DNA of 64,000 nt, taken from Squalus acanthias. Lineage: Eukaryota. The position numbers and the translations under genes were made by a program. Positions 39,345-53,200 of this stretch are shown piece by piece. The stretch is from assembly GCA_030390025.1 (NCBI GenBank), contig CM059425.1, positions 173,106,001-173,170,000 on the forward strand, given 5' to 3'. A model generated the notes under the pieces. It was not told the DNA's origin. It saw only the letters and a list, made by a program, of their open reading frames with translations, and made no database searches. How positions within the stretch are numbered: the first letter of the stretch is position 1; each line of letters starts with the position of its first letter.

Positions 39345-39998
39345 GAAGAAGGCAAATGGTATGTTGGCCTTCGTAGCGAGAGGGTTTGAGTACAGGAACA
39401 AGGATGTCTTGCTGCAGTTGTACAGGGCCTTGGTGAGACCACATCTTGAGTACTGTGTGCAGTTTTGGTCACCTTATCTGAGGAAGGATGTTCTTGCCAT
39501 GGAGGGAGTTCAGCGAAGATTCACCAGGCCGATACCTGGGATGGCAGGAATGACGTATGAGGAGAGATTGGGTCGATTGGGCTTATACTCGCTGGAGTTT
39601 AGAAGAATGAGAGGGGATCTCATTGAAACTTATAAAATTCTGAAAGGACTGGACAGACTAGATGCAGGAAGGATGTTCCCGATGGTCAGGGAGTCCAGAA
39701 CCAGGGGTCACAGTCTAAGGATAAGGGGTAAGCCATTTAGGACAGAGATGAGGAGGAATTTCTTCACCCAGAGAATGGTGAACCTGTGGAATTCTCTACC
39801 ACAGAAGGCAGTTGAGGCCAATTCATTAAATATATTCAAGAAGGAGTTGGATATATTTCTTAAGGCTAAAGGGATCAAGGGATATGGGGAGAAAGCAGGG
39901 ACAGGGTTCTGAATTTGGATGATCAGCCATGATCGCATTGAATGGCGGAGCAGGCTAGAGGGGCCGAATGGCCTGCTCCTATCTTCTATGTTTCTATG
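39345..39998 (+). mobile_element. CR1 LINE 3' fragment, same subfamily as 35793-37050
   Basis: 183-aa ORF nearly identical to 36236-36958, with the same tail. Confidence 0.93.
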
Positions 39999-41049
39999 TT
40001 AATTCTCTAGGGAGGCAGTGACAAAGTTGTGTTGCTTCCTACAAGAAGACCTGCAGTCAACTGCTAGAGCAAACACGTTCATCACTTTCCTCATGGACAT
40101 CTGGAAGCAGCAGGATAGGGCTCTGGGGGTCGCACAGACTGCAGGGACTGGCAATAAATGCAGCCTTGCCAGCATCACCCACATCCCTAAAAATATTTTT
40201 TTAAAGTGTAATAAAACAACACAGTACTGAACAGGTACTGCCAATATTGCCACTACAATACATGAAATGTGTGTGCGTTTTAGAGCTCTATCACACTTTC
40301 AAAATGGGCTTTGTACCGGTAAAATGCTTGTACACTATATGCACAAGCCGTCCACACCTCCACTTACTTTTTCAACAGCAACTCTCGCCACTGGTTTCTG
40401 GACGACAAAACAGCGCATAATGCAAAGGAGAGGAGCAAGACATCGTACCCAACATTGAAACCCTCACCCGAGCGGACCACAAAGCCATGGAGATTAGTGG
40501 CCTGGGCAGAGCCAAGAGTTTAGGGAAAGGCGTGGCCAGTGGCTTTTCTCAGTAAGGTGTTTGCATATTACCTGTAACCCTTCATTCACCTCAGCAAATA
40601 TTCCGCAAGCTTCACAATTTCAAGCTGTATTCTGAAGACTGTCACCTACTAATATCCAACTTCACAGTGCCATTCTAACCCGTCCCTTTTCTCTTTCCTC
40701 TAGGTCCCTCTCAGCAGCAAGAGCTTCCTGAAGAAGATGCCTCGGAGGAGGATAGTCCTCCTGAGGATCATCGTCACGTGCTCCATCCCTCCCAATTACT
40801 AGCTCAGACATTTGCACTCTTTGTGGGTTAGATGGTGAGCCAAAGGGGTGCTCCCGGTTCTGCTGAGTCGAACAGAGATGAGAACTTCAGGGACCCAGCC
40901 ATGTAAAGAAAACTGCTTGCTTCACACAAGCAGTTATACCAGGTATTGGAAGACGGCCAAGGAGTTTCAGCACTATGGCTGAAAGTATGGAGGCATCTGC
41001 TTCCAGTCTGTGTGGTGTCATCTTGCATGGCATCAGCACTCTGCAGTCT

Positions 41050-41508
41050 AAAGAAAGAAAGACTTGCATTTATATAACACCTTTCACGACCACCGGACAT
41101 CTCAAAGCGCTTTACAGCCAATGAAGTACTTTTGGAGTGTAGTCACTCTTGTAATGTGGTATACACGGCAGCCAATTTGCGCACAGCAAGCTCCCACAAA
41201 CAGCAATGTGATAATGACCAGATAATCTGTTTTTGTTATGTTGATTGAGTGATAAATATTGGCCAGGACACTGGGGATAACTCCCCTACTCTTCTTCAAA
41301 ATATTGCCATAGGATCTTTTACATCCACCTGAGAGAGCAGACGGGGCATCGGTTTAACATCTCATCCGAAAGATGGCACCTCCGACAGTGCAGCACTGCA
41401 CTGGAGTGTCAGCCTTGATTTATGTGCTCAAGTCCCTAGAGTGGGACTTAAACCCACAACCTTCTGACTCAGAGGCGAGTGTGCTACCCACTGAGCTACA
41501 GCTGACAG
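41050..41508 (-). mobile_element. Full-length DeuSINE/SacSINE1-like SINE
   Basis: Minus strand: tRNA head (gtagctcagtgggtagc..gggtttaagtccc), body, and L2-type tail gttatataaatgcaagtctttcttt. Confidence 0.82.
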
Positions 41509-43169
41509 TCTACCCTGGAGAGTGTGGCCACCTCCAATAACACTGCAGTCCAGCCCTCACAAAGGGAGTAGTCCCACCAGTCTTTGCAGCTTTGGTGTGT
41601 GAAGGCATTCCCAGCCTCCCACCTCTATTTCCTCTTTTCCCATCAGTTCGGTAGCCATTTTCAGGGTACCCAAAGAAACTAGGTATTGGGTTAATGCTGG
41701 GACCCCCTCGGACCACAGAGTCTGTGGGGCTCCAGGGAAGTCCAAAGGAAAATGCCGACAAAGAGGTATGTTTCTTTCTCCCTCCCCCCCTTCCCAGTTG
41801 ATTTTTGGGTCTCAAGACAACATCAGCTTGAGGTCCTGATGCTTGTGGCCAGCAGTGCATGTTAGTGGCCCAGGATAAGAAATCTCAGTGCTCTTGGGCC
41901 TGGTTTGGAGCAGCACACTTTGGGTGTGCCGCTTCTGCCCAGCACCAGTGCAGCAGGGAAACCAGCCCAATAATTAATAGAATCTATAGCATTTGGAAAA
42001 TTGTAAAAGATTGATGTCAGTTAATTCAATCGCATTTCAAGGTAAAAGCACATTTTGCCCTTGCAATTTTCCTTTGAGGCTGGAATAGCTCTCACAAAAA
42101 GCTTTGAAGGAATCATCTTTAGCGTGACTTGTAATGAGCAAAATGAATGTGAGCTCAGCAGTCTGAAACTAGGGTCGGTTTTAATTGTTCCCACTGGGAA
42201 TTAGTTGACTTCAATGGAAAGGAAAATTGTACGGGGTGTAAAATGGGCAGCCGACCCACAGCCACCCATTTCTCGCCCGGTGGGAACAGATAAAGTCATC
42301 CCCTAATGGGGTAGAAATTCCTTTGTGTGCTATTTTAACAAAGTCATTAATCTGTTAAATAAAATTAGTTAATTACTTAATTAAAGTAGTAAACAGAGCA
42401 ATTTTATCTCAAAGCATTGTTAAAAATAGCACACAGAGAAAATTGAAACGTGATTGTTGTAAACCTCAAGTACAGTTGAAGCTTTGATCCCACTGATGTC
42501 CTGCTTAGCACCAGGCTGTTTCCTCACAGTACAGGTATGATCAGAATACCATGTTTTCAGGCCTCTGAGAATTCCCAGCTGGGTATGTATTTTACATTGA
42601 TGATAGTGATGGCATAGAATGGGTTCTGTACACCAAAATGTGAAAAGTCTATTCTGTTCAGCAAATTATTGTATCATTCTGAGCTGCAAAATTATAGGAA
42701 TGTATTTCTATCATGATTTAATGTCGGAGAGCTGCATTATGTCTGTGTGCTAGAAAAAAATGATCTCACATAGCACAAGAGTATGAAGTGACTCAAACCT
42801 TAAAAATATGAAAAATGACACTGAGGCTTTTGAAACCTATTTTAAAATGTCAGTGTTACAGGCACTTTTATATCACTCCAAGTTGGCAGAATGAACACTG
42901 ATCGCATATTAGGATCCACTTCCTCCATAGTAGTGCACTGCAGACATTATATGCAATAGGTGTTTGCATGGCACAGAATAGCATCTTACTTTATTATATG
43001 CTATTTTATTTTGTATGGACATGCTGTAAATACAATTTAATATTGGCATAATAGGAATAAAATTGAATTTATTACCTTTCTTTTCAGGAGACAACATAGT
43101 TTGTTCTCCAAAAGAAAAGAAAACAGTCAAAAAAACAGTAATACCTGTACAAGGCAATTCAACTTATAA

Positions 43170-44417
43170 TAGCAAAATACTGCGGATGCTGGAAATCCGA
43201 AATAACAGAAAACGCTGGAAAACTCAGCAGGCCAGGCAGCCTCCGTGGAGAGAGAAGCAGAGTTAACGTTTCAGGTTGAAGACCTTTCGTCAGAACTGGA
43301 AAAAAGCAGGAAATGGAACAGATTTTAAAGCAAGATTAGGGGCTGGGAAATGGGGGAGGGGATGAAAGGACAAAAGGGAAGGTCAGTGATAGGATGGAAG
43401 GCAGGCGAAGTAAAGAGGCATTAAAAGATATTCAAGGCAAGAGGAGATGGTAATGGGACAGGTTAAGGAACAAAGGATGGCTCTAGATGAAATGTGAATT
43501 GCGCTGGCAGAATGAAAGACAGCTGCCATGTGGGAGAGAAGAAAAAAAGGCACAAACAAAAAGTGTGGATAAAAAATATATCTATGATAGGGGCCAAGGT
43601 TATGATCTGAAATTGTTGAACTCTATAGTGTGTCCAGAGGGCTGTAGAGTGCCTAATCGCTGAGCTTCCATGGAACAATGCAAGAAGCCGAGGACGGTGA
43701 GGTCTGAATGGGAATGGAGCGGTGAATTAAAGTGACAGGCAACCGGAAGCTCGGGGTCCCCCTTATGGACTGAACGGAGGTGTTCCGCAAAGCGATCACC
43801 CAATCTGCGTTTGGTCTCCCCAATGTAGAGGAGACCACAGTCGTGAGCAGCGAATACAATATACTAAATTGCAAGAAGTACAAGTAAATCGCTGTTTCAC
43901 CTGGAAGGGGTGTTTGGGGCCCTGGACAGTGGGAAGGGGGGAGGTATAAGGGCATGTGTTGCATCTCCTGCGCTTGCACGGGAAGGTGCCGGGCGAAGGG
44001 GAAGGGGTGCTGGGGGTGGTAGAGGAGTGGACTAGGGTGTCGCGGAGGGAGCGGTCCCTATAATGCTGAAAGGGGAGGTGAGGGGAAGATGCGTTTGATG
44101 GTGGGATCACGCTGGAGGTGGCGGAAATGGCTGAGGATGATCCGTTGAATGTGGAGGCTGGTGGGGTGAAAGGTGAGGACAAGGGGAACTCTATCGTGGT
44201 TCCGGGAGGGAGGGTCAGGGGTGAGGGCAGAAGTGCGGGAGATAGAACGGACACGGTCGAGGGCCGTGTCAACCACAGTAGAGGGGAATCCTCGGTTGAG
44301 GAAAAAGGAAGACATGTCGGAAGCACTGGTATGGAAGGTGGCATCATCAGAGCAGATGCGGCGGAGACGCACGGATGCTGCCTGGCCTTCTGAGTTTTTC
44401 CAGCGTTTTCTGTTGTT
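43170..44417 (-). mobile_element. 5'-truncated Penelope-like element (RT thumb and GIY-YIG endonuclease) with inverted partial pLTR
   Basis: RLRRICSD, CKRRRCNTC, FTCTSCNLVYCIRC and RFAEH..PVACHFN motifs. 14-bp TSD aattcaacttataa at 43156-43169 and 44418-44431. Confidence 0.92.
43261..43297 (-). ncRNA. Minimal type-I hammerhead ribozyme motif in the Penelope pLTR
   Basis: agtt-CTGACGA-a-aggt(cttca)acct-GAAA-cg-TT-aact. Confidence 0.75.
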
Positions 44418-44623
44418 AATTCAACTTATAACATGCAGTTCAATGACATCTCATCCATCCCCTACAGTTTCTCTGATATTTTAATGCTATACCTATCACT
44501 TTTGAAAAGGAAACTCTTCTTTAAAGTGATCTATTGGAAAATAATCTTTTAACTACTTGTGTTGACATCAATTTCATAGCCATATATATAACCAAACTAT
44601 GAAAGAAACTAAAGGAATTAAAG

Positions 44624-45250
44624 TAACATCGCCCAACTCTGCCCCTACCTCAGCTCATCTGCTGCTGAAACCCTCATCCATGCCTTTGTTACCTCTAGAC
44701 TTGACTATTCCAATGCTCTCCTGGCCGGACTTCCATCCCACCCTCCATAAACTTGAGCTCATCCAAAACTCTGCTGCCTGTATCCTAACTCGCACCAACT
44801 CCCGTTTACCCATCACCCCTGTGCTCCCTGACCTACATTGGCTCCCGGTTGAGCAACACCTCGATTTTAAAATTCTAACCCTTGTTTTCAAATCGCTCCA
44901 TGGCCTCACCCCTCCCTATTTCTGTAACCTCCTCCAGCCCTACAACCCTCCGCGATCTCTGCACTCCTCCAATTCTGGCTTCTTGCACATCCCCGCTTTT
45001 AATCGTTCCACTATTGGCGGCTGTGCCTTCAGCTGCCAAGGCTCTAAGCTCTGGAATTCCCTCCCTAAATATCTCCACCTCTCTTTCCTCCTTTAAGACG
45101 CTCCTTAAAACCTACCTCTTTGATCAAGCTCATCTGCCCTAATATCTCCTTATATGGCTCAGTGTCAAATTTTGTTTGATAATCCTCCTTGGGATGTTTT
45201 ACTACGCTAAAGGGGCTATATAAATGCAAGTTGTTGTTGCTGCTGCTGTT
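44624..45250 (+). mobile_element. L2 LINE 3' fragment
   Basis: Closely similar to 14380-15010; (gtt)n tail. Confidence 0.88.
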
Positions 45251-45363
45251 GTAGTTAAATTGTCTGAATTACTTCATTAATAAACTTACGCCAATATTTA
45301 CACGAGTTTCCACGTCAATCTTGCTGACGGCAACTTCTGCTGAAATTTCCTGAGACTCTCAAT

Positions 45364-46826
45364 GACCCAGATTTTGCGGTCGTGGCGAAGGGATGGCGCT
45401 CACCGCTAACCTCAAGGAAAGCTGCCCACAAGGGGGAAAGAATGGTAGCGCAGGCGCTAACTTTGCTGGGGCGCTAATTTTAACGCCCCGAAAAAGTTAG
45501 CGCCCCTACCCCGTAAATTCAGTAGTAGCGTCCCAAGAAAGAGGTGGAGTGCTATTGAAAGCGCTCCACCTCCTTCTTGGGGTGCTGCTACTCAATGTCG
45601 CCGCGGCACGTAGCGCCATGTCATTGCAGACCTCCTCCCCTGATTGAAGGGGAGGGGCCTAGCGCTGCGCGCACCGGGGCCCTGCCGGACCACTGGGGAG
45701 CGGGGTGCCGTGGAAACAGCCCAGCACTCAAGAGGAGTGCCGGGCTGAGCGATTGTGGCCAGTACCCCGCATACAAATGTGAAAGTGGGGCAGGTGCTGG
45801 CAGTCAGCCAAAATAAAAATGGCCGCCCGACACCTGTCCTTTAAATTGTGCCGCTGCCCACTACCACCTCTGCAAAACCGCCCCCTGATCCTGTCGCACA
45901 TATTGCTCGACGATAGGTCAGGGGGCACAAGGGAAGTTTGTGGCCGGGGCGATACCAGCTACCGAGAAATTTTGCGGTGCAGGGCACTACCGTCGCCACT
46001 AACCTCCCGCTGAATTTCACGGGAGGCATTAGCAGTGCCGCATCTGGGCGCTAGGGCATTTGTGCCCTGTTAGCATCCCCCGGGGAGCACTAACAAGAGG
46101 CGCAAAGCAACCCAATTTCTAGCCCTACGGGGTGTAGTGGGCTGTGTCCTTGATTTCCCCAATCAATTTCATTCTGGCGCCATCTATAAGGGATCTCTGG
46201 TGTCCAGGGGCAGTGAGGTCATCAAGCAGGTTGAGCAGCCAATCAGATTGAAGAATTCTCATAGACAGCAAACCAGGAATGTAAAAAGCACTGATTATCA
46301 TTCACTTTTGAATCATTTTACAGAGAGCAAAATAAAGATTGGGACATACACATAGGATTAAGGTAGATTCTCAAATATCATAAGCAAACTTTAAAAAATA
46401 AAATAAAATGTATTTTTTAATATTTTAAAAATCTATGGAATTTTTATCAGGGAATGACACTCCGCACTTCTAAAAATAGTTTTTCCAGGGCCAGAGACAT
46501 TCTTCAGCAGTAATTATGACTTAGTACGCTGTTAAAAGCTCAGTTACACTTCATTCAACAAGGCTTAACTTTTTGAATGGTTTTGACAGCAAGAAAAGTG
46601 CATAAAAAGTTAAAGTTCATGTCTGATCACTGATTCTGTGTTGATTGCATCTGCAAAGACTGCAACAGCGCACCCTGTGGAAGAGCAAGGGATCACTGAC
46701 AATAACTTCCGGATTTCTGTGTTTCACTGCATATGTGCAGATGCCAGAAGTTGCTGTCAGTTTTACACAGTAATGACGGTGAGCGCTGACAGTTTCACCG
46801 TCATTACAAGTGCAAATTCTGGGCCA
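45364..46826. mobile_element. Harbinger-type MITE (related to 12420-15178) with a nested GC-rich MITE at about 45432-46125
   Basis: gacccagattttgcggt / gcaaattctgggcc termini; inner element ends ccaatttctagccc. Confidence 0.6.
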
Positions 46827-47145
46827 TTAATGTAAAAACCAACATAGAACAACTGGAAAATAATGTAAACAATCGAGGCCCAAAGAAAGCACGAAACATA
46901 TGTCATCCTCCTTCTTTATGTACCTCTTTATATTATTGATGTTATGAAAATTAAAGTTTGAAGCCATCAAACCATAATTTATGCAGATGAAGTGTGAAGG
47001 AATAAGCCATATAACCTATTCAGAAAAATACACTATCTTATGAAAGAATTCTGGCCTTATTAAAACATGACAAACTGGGTTTAGAAATTTAGAAACTTAA
47101 CTATGAAATAGCTGTGAAAGCATTCTGGCTATTGAGATAAGACAG

Positions 47146-48123
47146 TTGTTGACCCTGAATAAATAACCTTATTGAAACAGAAGGTGAAGGGCTCCGACAG
47201 GCTGACCTTTGGGAACAAAAACAATGGTTCACCATGGATAAGGTGTTCTAATTTGCACTTCGTAAAGAAGCACATAAAGTAAGGAACATCTGCCCTCGTA
47301 AAGATGACATCAAGTGAGGAACACCTGCCGTCACACCGTTTTTAAATGGTAAACTTAGAACACCTAGAGAGGAGACATGATTCTGTAATGCTACCAGCTG
47401 AGGTGGCAGTAAGAGTTGCAGAGGTCGGCAGAAAAATGACTAGAGATAATTAGCTTGCATCAGCAGAAAACCTTAAAGGAAATACCACTGGAAAAGGGTA
47501 TAAATATTGAACTCTCAAATGGTATAACAGACTCGCTTTAATCGGGCAAAGCGATTCTCAGTTTCAGAGGCGGCTCTGTAGTCTCAACTCTTTGTACCAC
47601 GGGGATCAAAGGTATTTGATATTGGTGGATATTCTGTAGAACACTAAGAACTGTAATACTGTAGTGAAGTTAAGATTTAAAAGTAAAATTCTCTGATAAT
47701 AAGATTGTAAGTTTTCTCTTTTTGGAACTGTTAATGTTGCGATTGACTCACCAACTGTAAATTGCATGTCGGTTCTTTAATAAATCTATATATTTTTAGA
47801 ATTGTCCCACATAAGACTTCTGTATCAAAAACTCGCGAACTCAATCTCTGTACACTCTTTGGTGAGGAGTTGCAGAATTCTGAGGGAGTTTTCCGGACCC
47901 TCATAATATCCGGGATGTTACAGTTTAGCTAAACTTATTAAAAGTGCTATCTGGAGGACGGTAACATTCTCGGGTTGTTCCTTTCCTTTAGGGAGAGATA
48001 GCCCGGACCTTTAGACCCAATTAAGCGTCTTTAGGATTCGGTTACCTCAAACTTTAGTTGAAAGTGAAATACGCCTGATCCGGTGTAGCCCTAAAGGGGC
48101 TAGGACCAGTAATTATCCCTTCA
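47146..48123 (+). other. Possible solo-LTR-like segment
   Basis: TATA-like gggtataaatat at about 47497, AATAAA at 47779 and possible TG..CA ends. No convincing TSD or PBS. Confidence 0.25.
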
Positions 48124-48307
48124 GAAGCACAGCTTGTTTAAGAAAATGCAATTGTGGAAGCTTTTCTCTTTTTAATATAACAGATTCTGATGTCATAAAA
48201 AATTCTTAAGATATAGAAAAGACAGTGCAGGTCTCAGTAGAAATTAAAAAAGGCACTATAAAATACCCGAAATAGTGACTTCAGGTCTTGCTGCACCTAA
48301 ATGTTTG

Positions 48308-49420
48308 GGTGTAAAATTAGGCCCGTTCACAACTGGTGATAGATGAGCTGTTTGCAAGAGGCAAAACTGTCATCACTTTTCTTGTGGAATGGAGGCATCA
48401 GCTGGACAAGGTACAGAGCTTTCACTAGTTTGCAATAGATGCCATCTATGTGAGCATCGGGGCTCCTCAAATCAACCCCATAGTTTAACAGACATAAACA
48501 GAAAGGGCTTCCATTTAATTAATGTTTTTGAGGTGTTTGACCACGGAAACATCATAATGCAAGTCAATGACCAGGGCTGTCCTCTACATTTATGGTTGAT
48601 GATCCCAGAACAGCAGTGGGAAATATCTATTTTGAGGTACATGTCTCAATTAGAATTACTGTTGAGTAGACCATTGGAATGTTGACGCAAAGATTCCATT
48701 GTTTTGAATGCTAAGGCAGATGCTACCTATTGTGAACAAAAGTTTGCAAAATAATCACCGTTTGCTGCATTTGCAGATGATGAAGTGCAAGAGGTCATGG
48801 TGGAAGCAGAGCTGCAACCAGTAAGAGCAATGCAGCGGTCACTCATTGTTAACAGTAATTCCCAGATGCAGACCCTCCATAAGTATTGCAGATGAAGGGA
48901 AACACCAAACGATATGCTGTCCATTTCTACATACTGTAGTTTAACTGATATCTTACAACATCCTATGAGTACCTTAACATGACCCTTTCTAACACAAACA
49001 GTCCACACAATGCAGAAATAAAATGGTCAGCAGTTATAACTAAATTCCATGTTTCTCCTTGGTGAGCCTCTCCTGTTACCCACTCTATTACTACACCTAA
49101 GAGTTCCCTGAGTGGAAGGAGCAACTGTGGTGGTGGACTGCTGTTGTTGAGAGTGGACTTCGAGGAATGGAGATCGTGTTACACCTCTGAGTGCAAATTT
49201 ATGAGATGGCCCTGCTACAGTTGTAGCCCTGTCTGTTAAAGTACTGTCTGCCAGACTCTGCCTGCTTACTAGCATGTCTTCTATCCTTTGATGGGGTAGA
49301 CTTGGTTGGATAGATGTGTGATCACCCTGAGAGGAAGCTAACTCATCTGTCCCTTCTTCTGCCATGTTCCAGGTGCTGGTCACCGCTGCAGAATGACCAG
49401 TGATTGAGTTATTTGATGAA
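48308..49420. mobile_element. Degenerate Harbinger with transposase catalytic remnants (+)
   Basis: NRKGFH.INV..VFDH..IMQVN at about 48495-48570 and IGMLTQRFHC at about 48673. Confidence 0.6.
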
Positions 49421-50243
49421 GAAACAGGTTGATGAAGATAGTGCAGTAGATGTTGTATATATGGACTTTCAAAAGGCATATGATAAAGTAATGCATAACA
49501 GAGTTATTCGGAAATTAGAAGCACATGGTATTAAATGGACAGTGGTAACTTGGGTATGAAATTGGCTAAGGGATAGGAGGCAGAGAGTAGTGGTGAACGG
49601 ATGTTTTTCTGACTGGAGAGAAGTATGCAGTGGGGTCCCCCAGGGGTCGGTATTAGGACCCTTGTTTTTCTTGTCATATATAAATAACCTGGAGGGTCAT
49701 AGAGAGTACAATTTTGGATGATACAAAACTTGGTAACATAGTAAATAGTGAACATAATAGTAGCAGACTTCAAGAGGACAAAGACAGACTGATGAAATGG
49801 GCAGACAATTTAATGTGGATAAGTGTGAAGTGATGCACTTTGGAAGAAACAACATGGAGAGGCAGTATAATCCAAATGGTACTATTTTGAGGGGGTGCAA
49901 CAACAGAGGGACCTGGGGGTGCATATTCACAAATCTTTGAAGGTGGCAGGGAAAGTTGAGAAGGCAGTTAGAAAGCATATGGGATACTTAGCTTTGTAAA
50001 TAGAGGCATTGAATACAAAAACAAGGAAGTTGTGCTAAACCTTTACAAATCTCTTGGTTAGGCCTCAGCTGAAGTATTGTGTACAATTCTGGGCACCACA
50101 TGTTAGGAAGGATGTCAAGGTTCTGGAGAGGGTACAGAGGATGTTTACCAGGATTATCCCAGGGTTGCGGGAGTTCAGTTATGTGGAGAGATTGGAGAAG
50201 CTGAGATTGTTCTCCTTAGAGCAGAGAAGGTTAAGAGAAGAGT
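49420..50243 (+). mobile_element. Old CR1 RT fragment
   Basis: Decayed [16 protein letters not shown] motif. Confidence 0.85.
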
Positions 50244-53200
50244 AATAGTAGGGGATTTCAACTTCCCTAATATTAACTGGAATAAAATTAGTGTGAAAGG
50301 CATAGAGGGAGCAGAATTCTTAAAATGCATTCAGGAGAACTTTTATAACCAGTATGTAGCAAGCCCAACAAGAGAGGGGGTGGTTCTGGACCTAGTTTTA
50401 GGGAATGAAGCTGGGCAGGTGGAAAGGGTATCAGTGGGAGAGCATATTGGTGGTAGTGATCATAATTCAGTTAGATTTAGGGTAGTTATGGAAAAGGACA
50501 AGGATAGACCAGGAATAAAAGTTCTCATAAGAACATAAGAAACAGGAGCAGGAGTAGGCCATTCGGCCCTTCGAGCCTGCTCTGCTATTCAATGACATCA
50601 TGGCTGATCTTCTGCCTCAACTCCATTCACCGGCCCTATCGTCATATCCCTTGATGCCTTTACTAGTCAGAAATCTATCGACTTCTGTTTTGAATATACC
50701 GAATGACTGAGCCTCCACAGCCCTCTGGGGTAGAGAATTCCAAAGATTCACCACCCTCTGTGTGAAGAAATTTCTTCTCATCTCAGTCCTGAATGGCCGA
50801 CCCTTTATCCTGAGGCTGTGGCCCCTGGTTCTAGACTCCCCCACCCAAGGGAAACATTCTCCCAGCATCCATCCTATCAAGCCCTGTAATAATTTTGTAT
50901 GCTTCAATGAGATCCCCTCTCATTCTTCTGAATTCAAGAGAATACAGGCCTAGTTTACTCAATCTCTTCTCATACGACAGTCCCGCCATCCCAGGAATCA
51001 ATCTCGTAAATCTTCGTTGCACCCTCTCTATGGCAAGTAAAGTAAAGGGAATTAAGGGTTACGGGGAGCGGGCAGGAATTTGGCCATGAGTCTAGGTTCA
51101 GATCGGTCATGGCCCTGTGGGTAGCGTAGCGGGCCCAGGGGCCGTGTAGCCTGATCCTGCTCCTATTTCGTGTGTCCAATTCTGTTAGGTTCAGGAGATG
51201 GTTCTGTGATAGTAGATTGGCGGTTAGGATCAGATCAGCCATGATCTTACTGAATGGCGGAGCAGGCTCGAGGGGCCAATTGGCCTACTCCTGCTCCTAT
51301 TTCTTATGTTCTTATGTAAGTATATCCTTCCTTCGGTATGGAGACCAAAGTTGTACACAGTACTCCAGGTGTGGTCTCACCAAGGCTCTATATAATTGGG
51401 GAAAAGCTAATTTTACTAAGCTAAGAGGTGATTTAGCCGAAGTGGACTGGAGACAGAAACTTGAAGGTAAATCAGTGTCAGAGCAGTGGGAGGCATTCAA
51501 GGAGGAGATAGTGAAGGTTCAGAGCAAGTATGTTCCCTTAAAGGAAAAGGGTGGGACTAACAAATCTAGAGCTCCCTGGATGTCAAGGGGCATACAGGGT
51601 AGGATAAAAAAAAGGGAAGCTTATGACAGATACCGAGGACTCAATACTGCAGAAAGCCGAGAGAAGTATAGAAAGTTCAGGGGTGAAATTAAAAAGGAAA
51701 TTAGGAAAGCAAAGAGAGAGCGTGAAAAAATATTGGCAAGTAAAATCAAGGAAAACCCAAAGATGTTTTATAAATACATTAAGAGCAAGAGGATAACTAA
51801 AGTAAGAGTAGGGCCTATTAGGGACCATAAAGGTAACCTGTGTGTGGAGGCGGAAGACATGGGTATGGTTCTTAATGAATACTTTGCATCTGTTTTCACA
51901 AAAGAGAGGGATGATGCAGACATTGCAATCAGGGAGGAGGAGTGTGAAATATTAGATGAAATAAACATAGTGAAAGAGGAAGTATTAAGGGGTTTAGCAT
52001 CTTTGAAAGTGGATAAATACCCAGGCCCGGATGAAACGTATCCCAGACTGTTAAGAGAAGTAAGAGGAAATAGCAGAGGCTCTGATCATCATTTTCCAAT
52101 CCTCTCTGGCTACAGGTGTGGTGCCAGAGGACTGGAGGACTGCTAACGTGGTACCGTTGTTTAAAAAGGGAGAAAGGGATAGACCGAGTAATTAAAGGCC
52201 AGTCAGCCTAACCTCGGTGGTGGGAAAATTATTGGAAAAATTCTGAGGGTCAGGATAAATCTTCATTTAGAAAGACACGGATTAATCAGGGACAGTCAGC
52301 ATGGATTTGTCAAGGGAAGGTCGTGTCTGACTAACTTGATTGAATTTTTTGAGGAGATAACAAGGAGGGTCGATGAAGGTAGTGCGTTTGATGTAGTCTA
52401 TATGGATTTCAGCAAGGCTTTTGATAAGGTCCCGCATGGCAGACTGGCCACGAAAGTAAAAGCCCATGGGATCCAGGGCAAAATGGCAAGTTGGATCCAA
52501 AATTGGCTCAGAGGCAGGAAACAAAGGGTAATGGTCAAAGGGTGTTTTTGTGACTGGAAGGCTGTTTCCAGTGGGGTTCCGCAGGGCTCAGTACTGGGTC
52601 CTTTGCTCTTTGTGGTATATATCAATGATTTGGACTTGAATGTAGGAAGTATGATTAAGAAGTTTGCAGATGATACAAAAATTGGCTGTGTGGTTGATAA
52701 TGAAGAAGAAAGCTGCAGACTGCAGGAAGATATCAATGGACTGGTCAGGTGGGCAGAACAGTGGCAAATGGAATTCAATCTGGAGAAGTGTGAGGTAATA
52801 CATTTGGGGACGGCTAACAAGGCAAGGGAATACACTATAAATGGTAGGACACTGAGAAGTGCAGAAGATCAGAGGGACCTTGGAGTGCATGTCCACAGAT
52901 CCCTGAAGGTAGCAGGACAGGTAGATAGGGTGGTTAAGAAGGCATACGGGATACTTACCTTTATTAGCCGAGGCATAGAATATAAGAGCAGGGAGGTTAT
53001 GCTTGAACTGTATAAAACACTAGTTAGGCCGCAGCTAGAATACTGCATGTAGTTCTGGTCACCACATTACAGGAAGGATGTGATTGCACTAGAGGGGGTG
53101 CAGAGGAGATTTACAAGGATGTTGCCTGGGCTGGGGAATTTTAGCGATGAGGAAAGATTGGATAGGCTGGGGTTGTTTTCTTTGGAACAGAGGAGGCTGA

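Noticed and set aside
43075..43144. AG..GT-bounded 70-nt exon-like segment on the minus strand
   Set aside because: Poor polypyrimidine tract, no recognisable protein and no partner exons.
51172..52146. 324-aa ORF, the longest in the window
   Set aside because: Chance fusion of CR1 tail and antisense pieces to a CR1 ORF2 linker; it ends in a frameshift.
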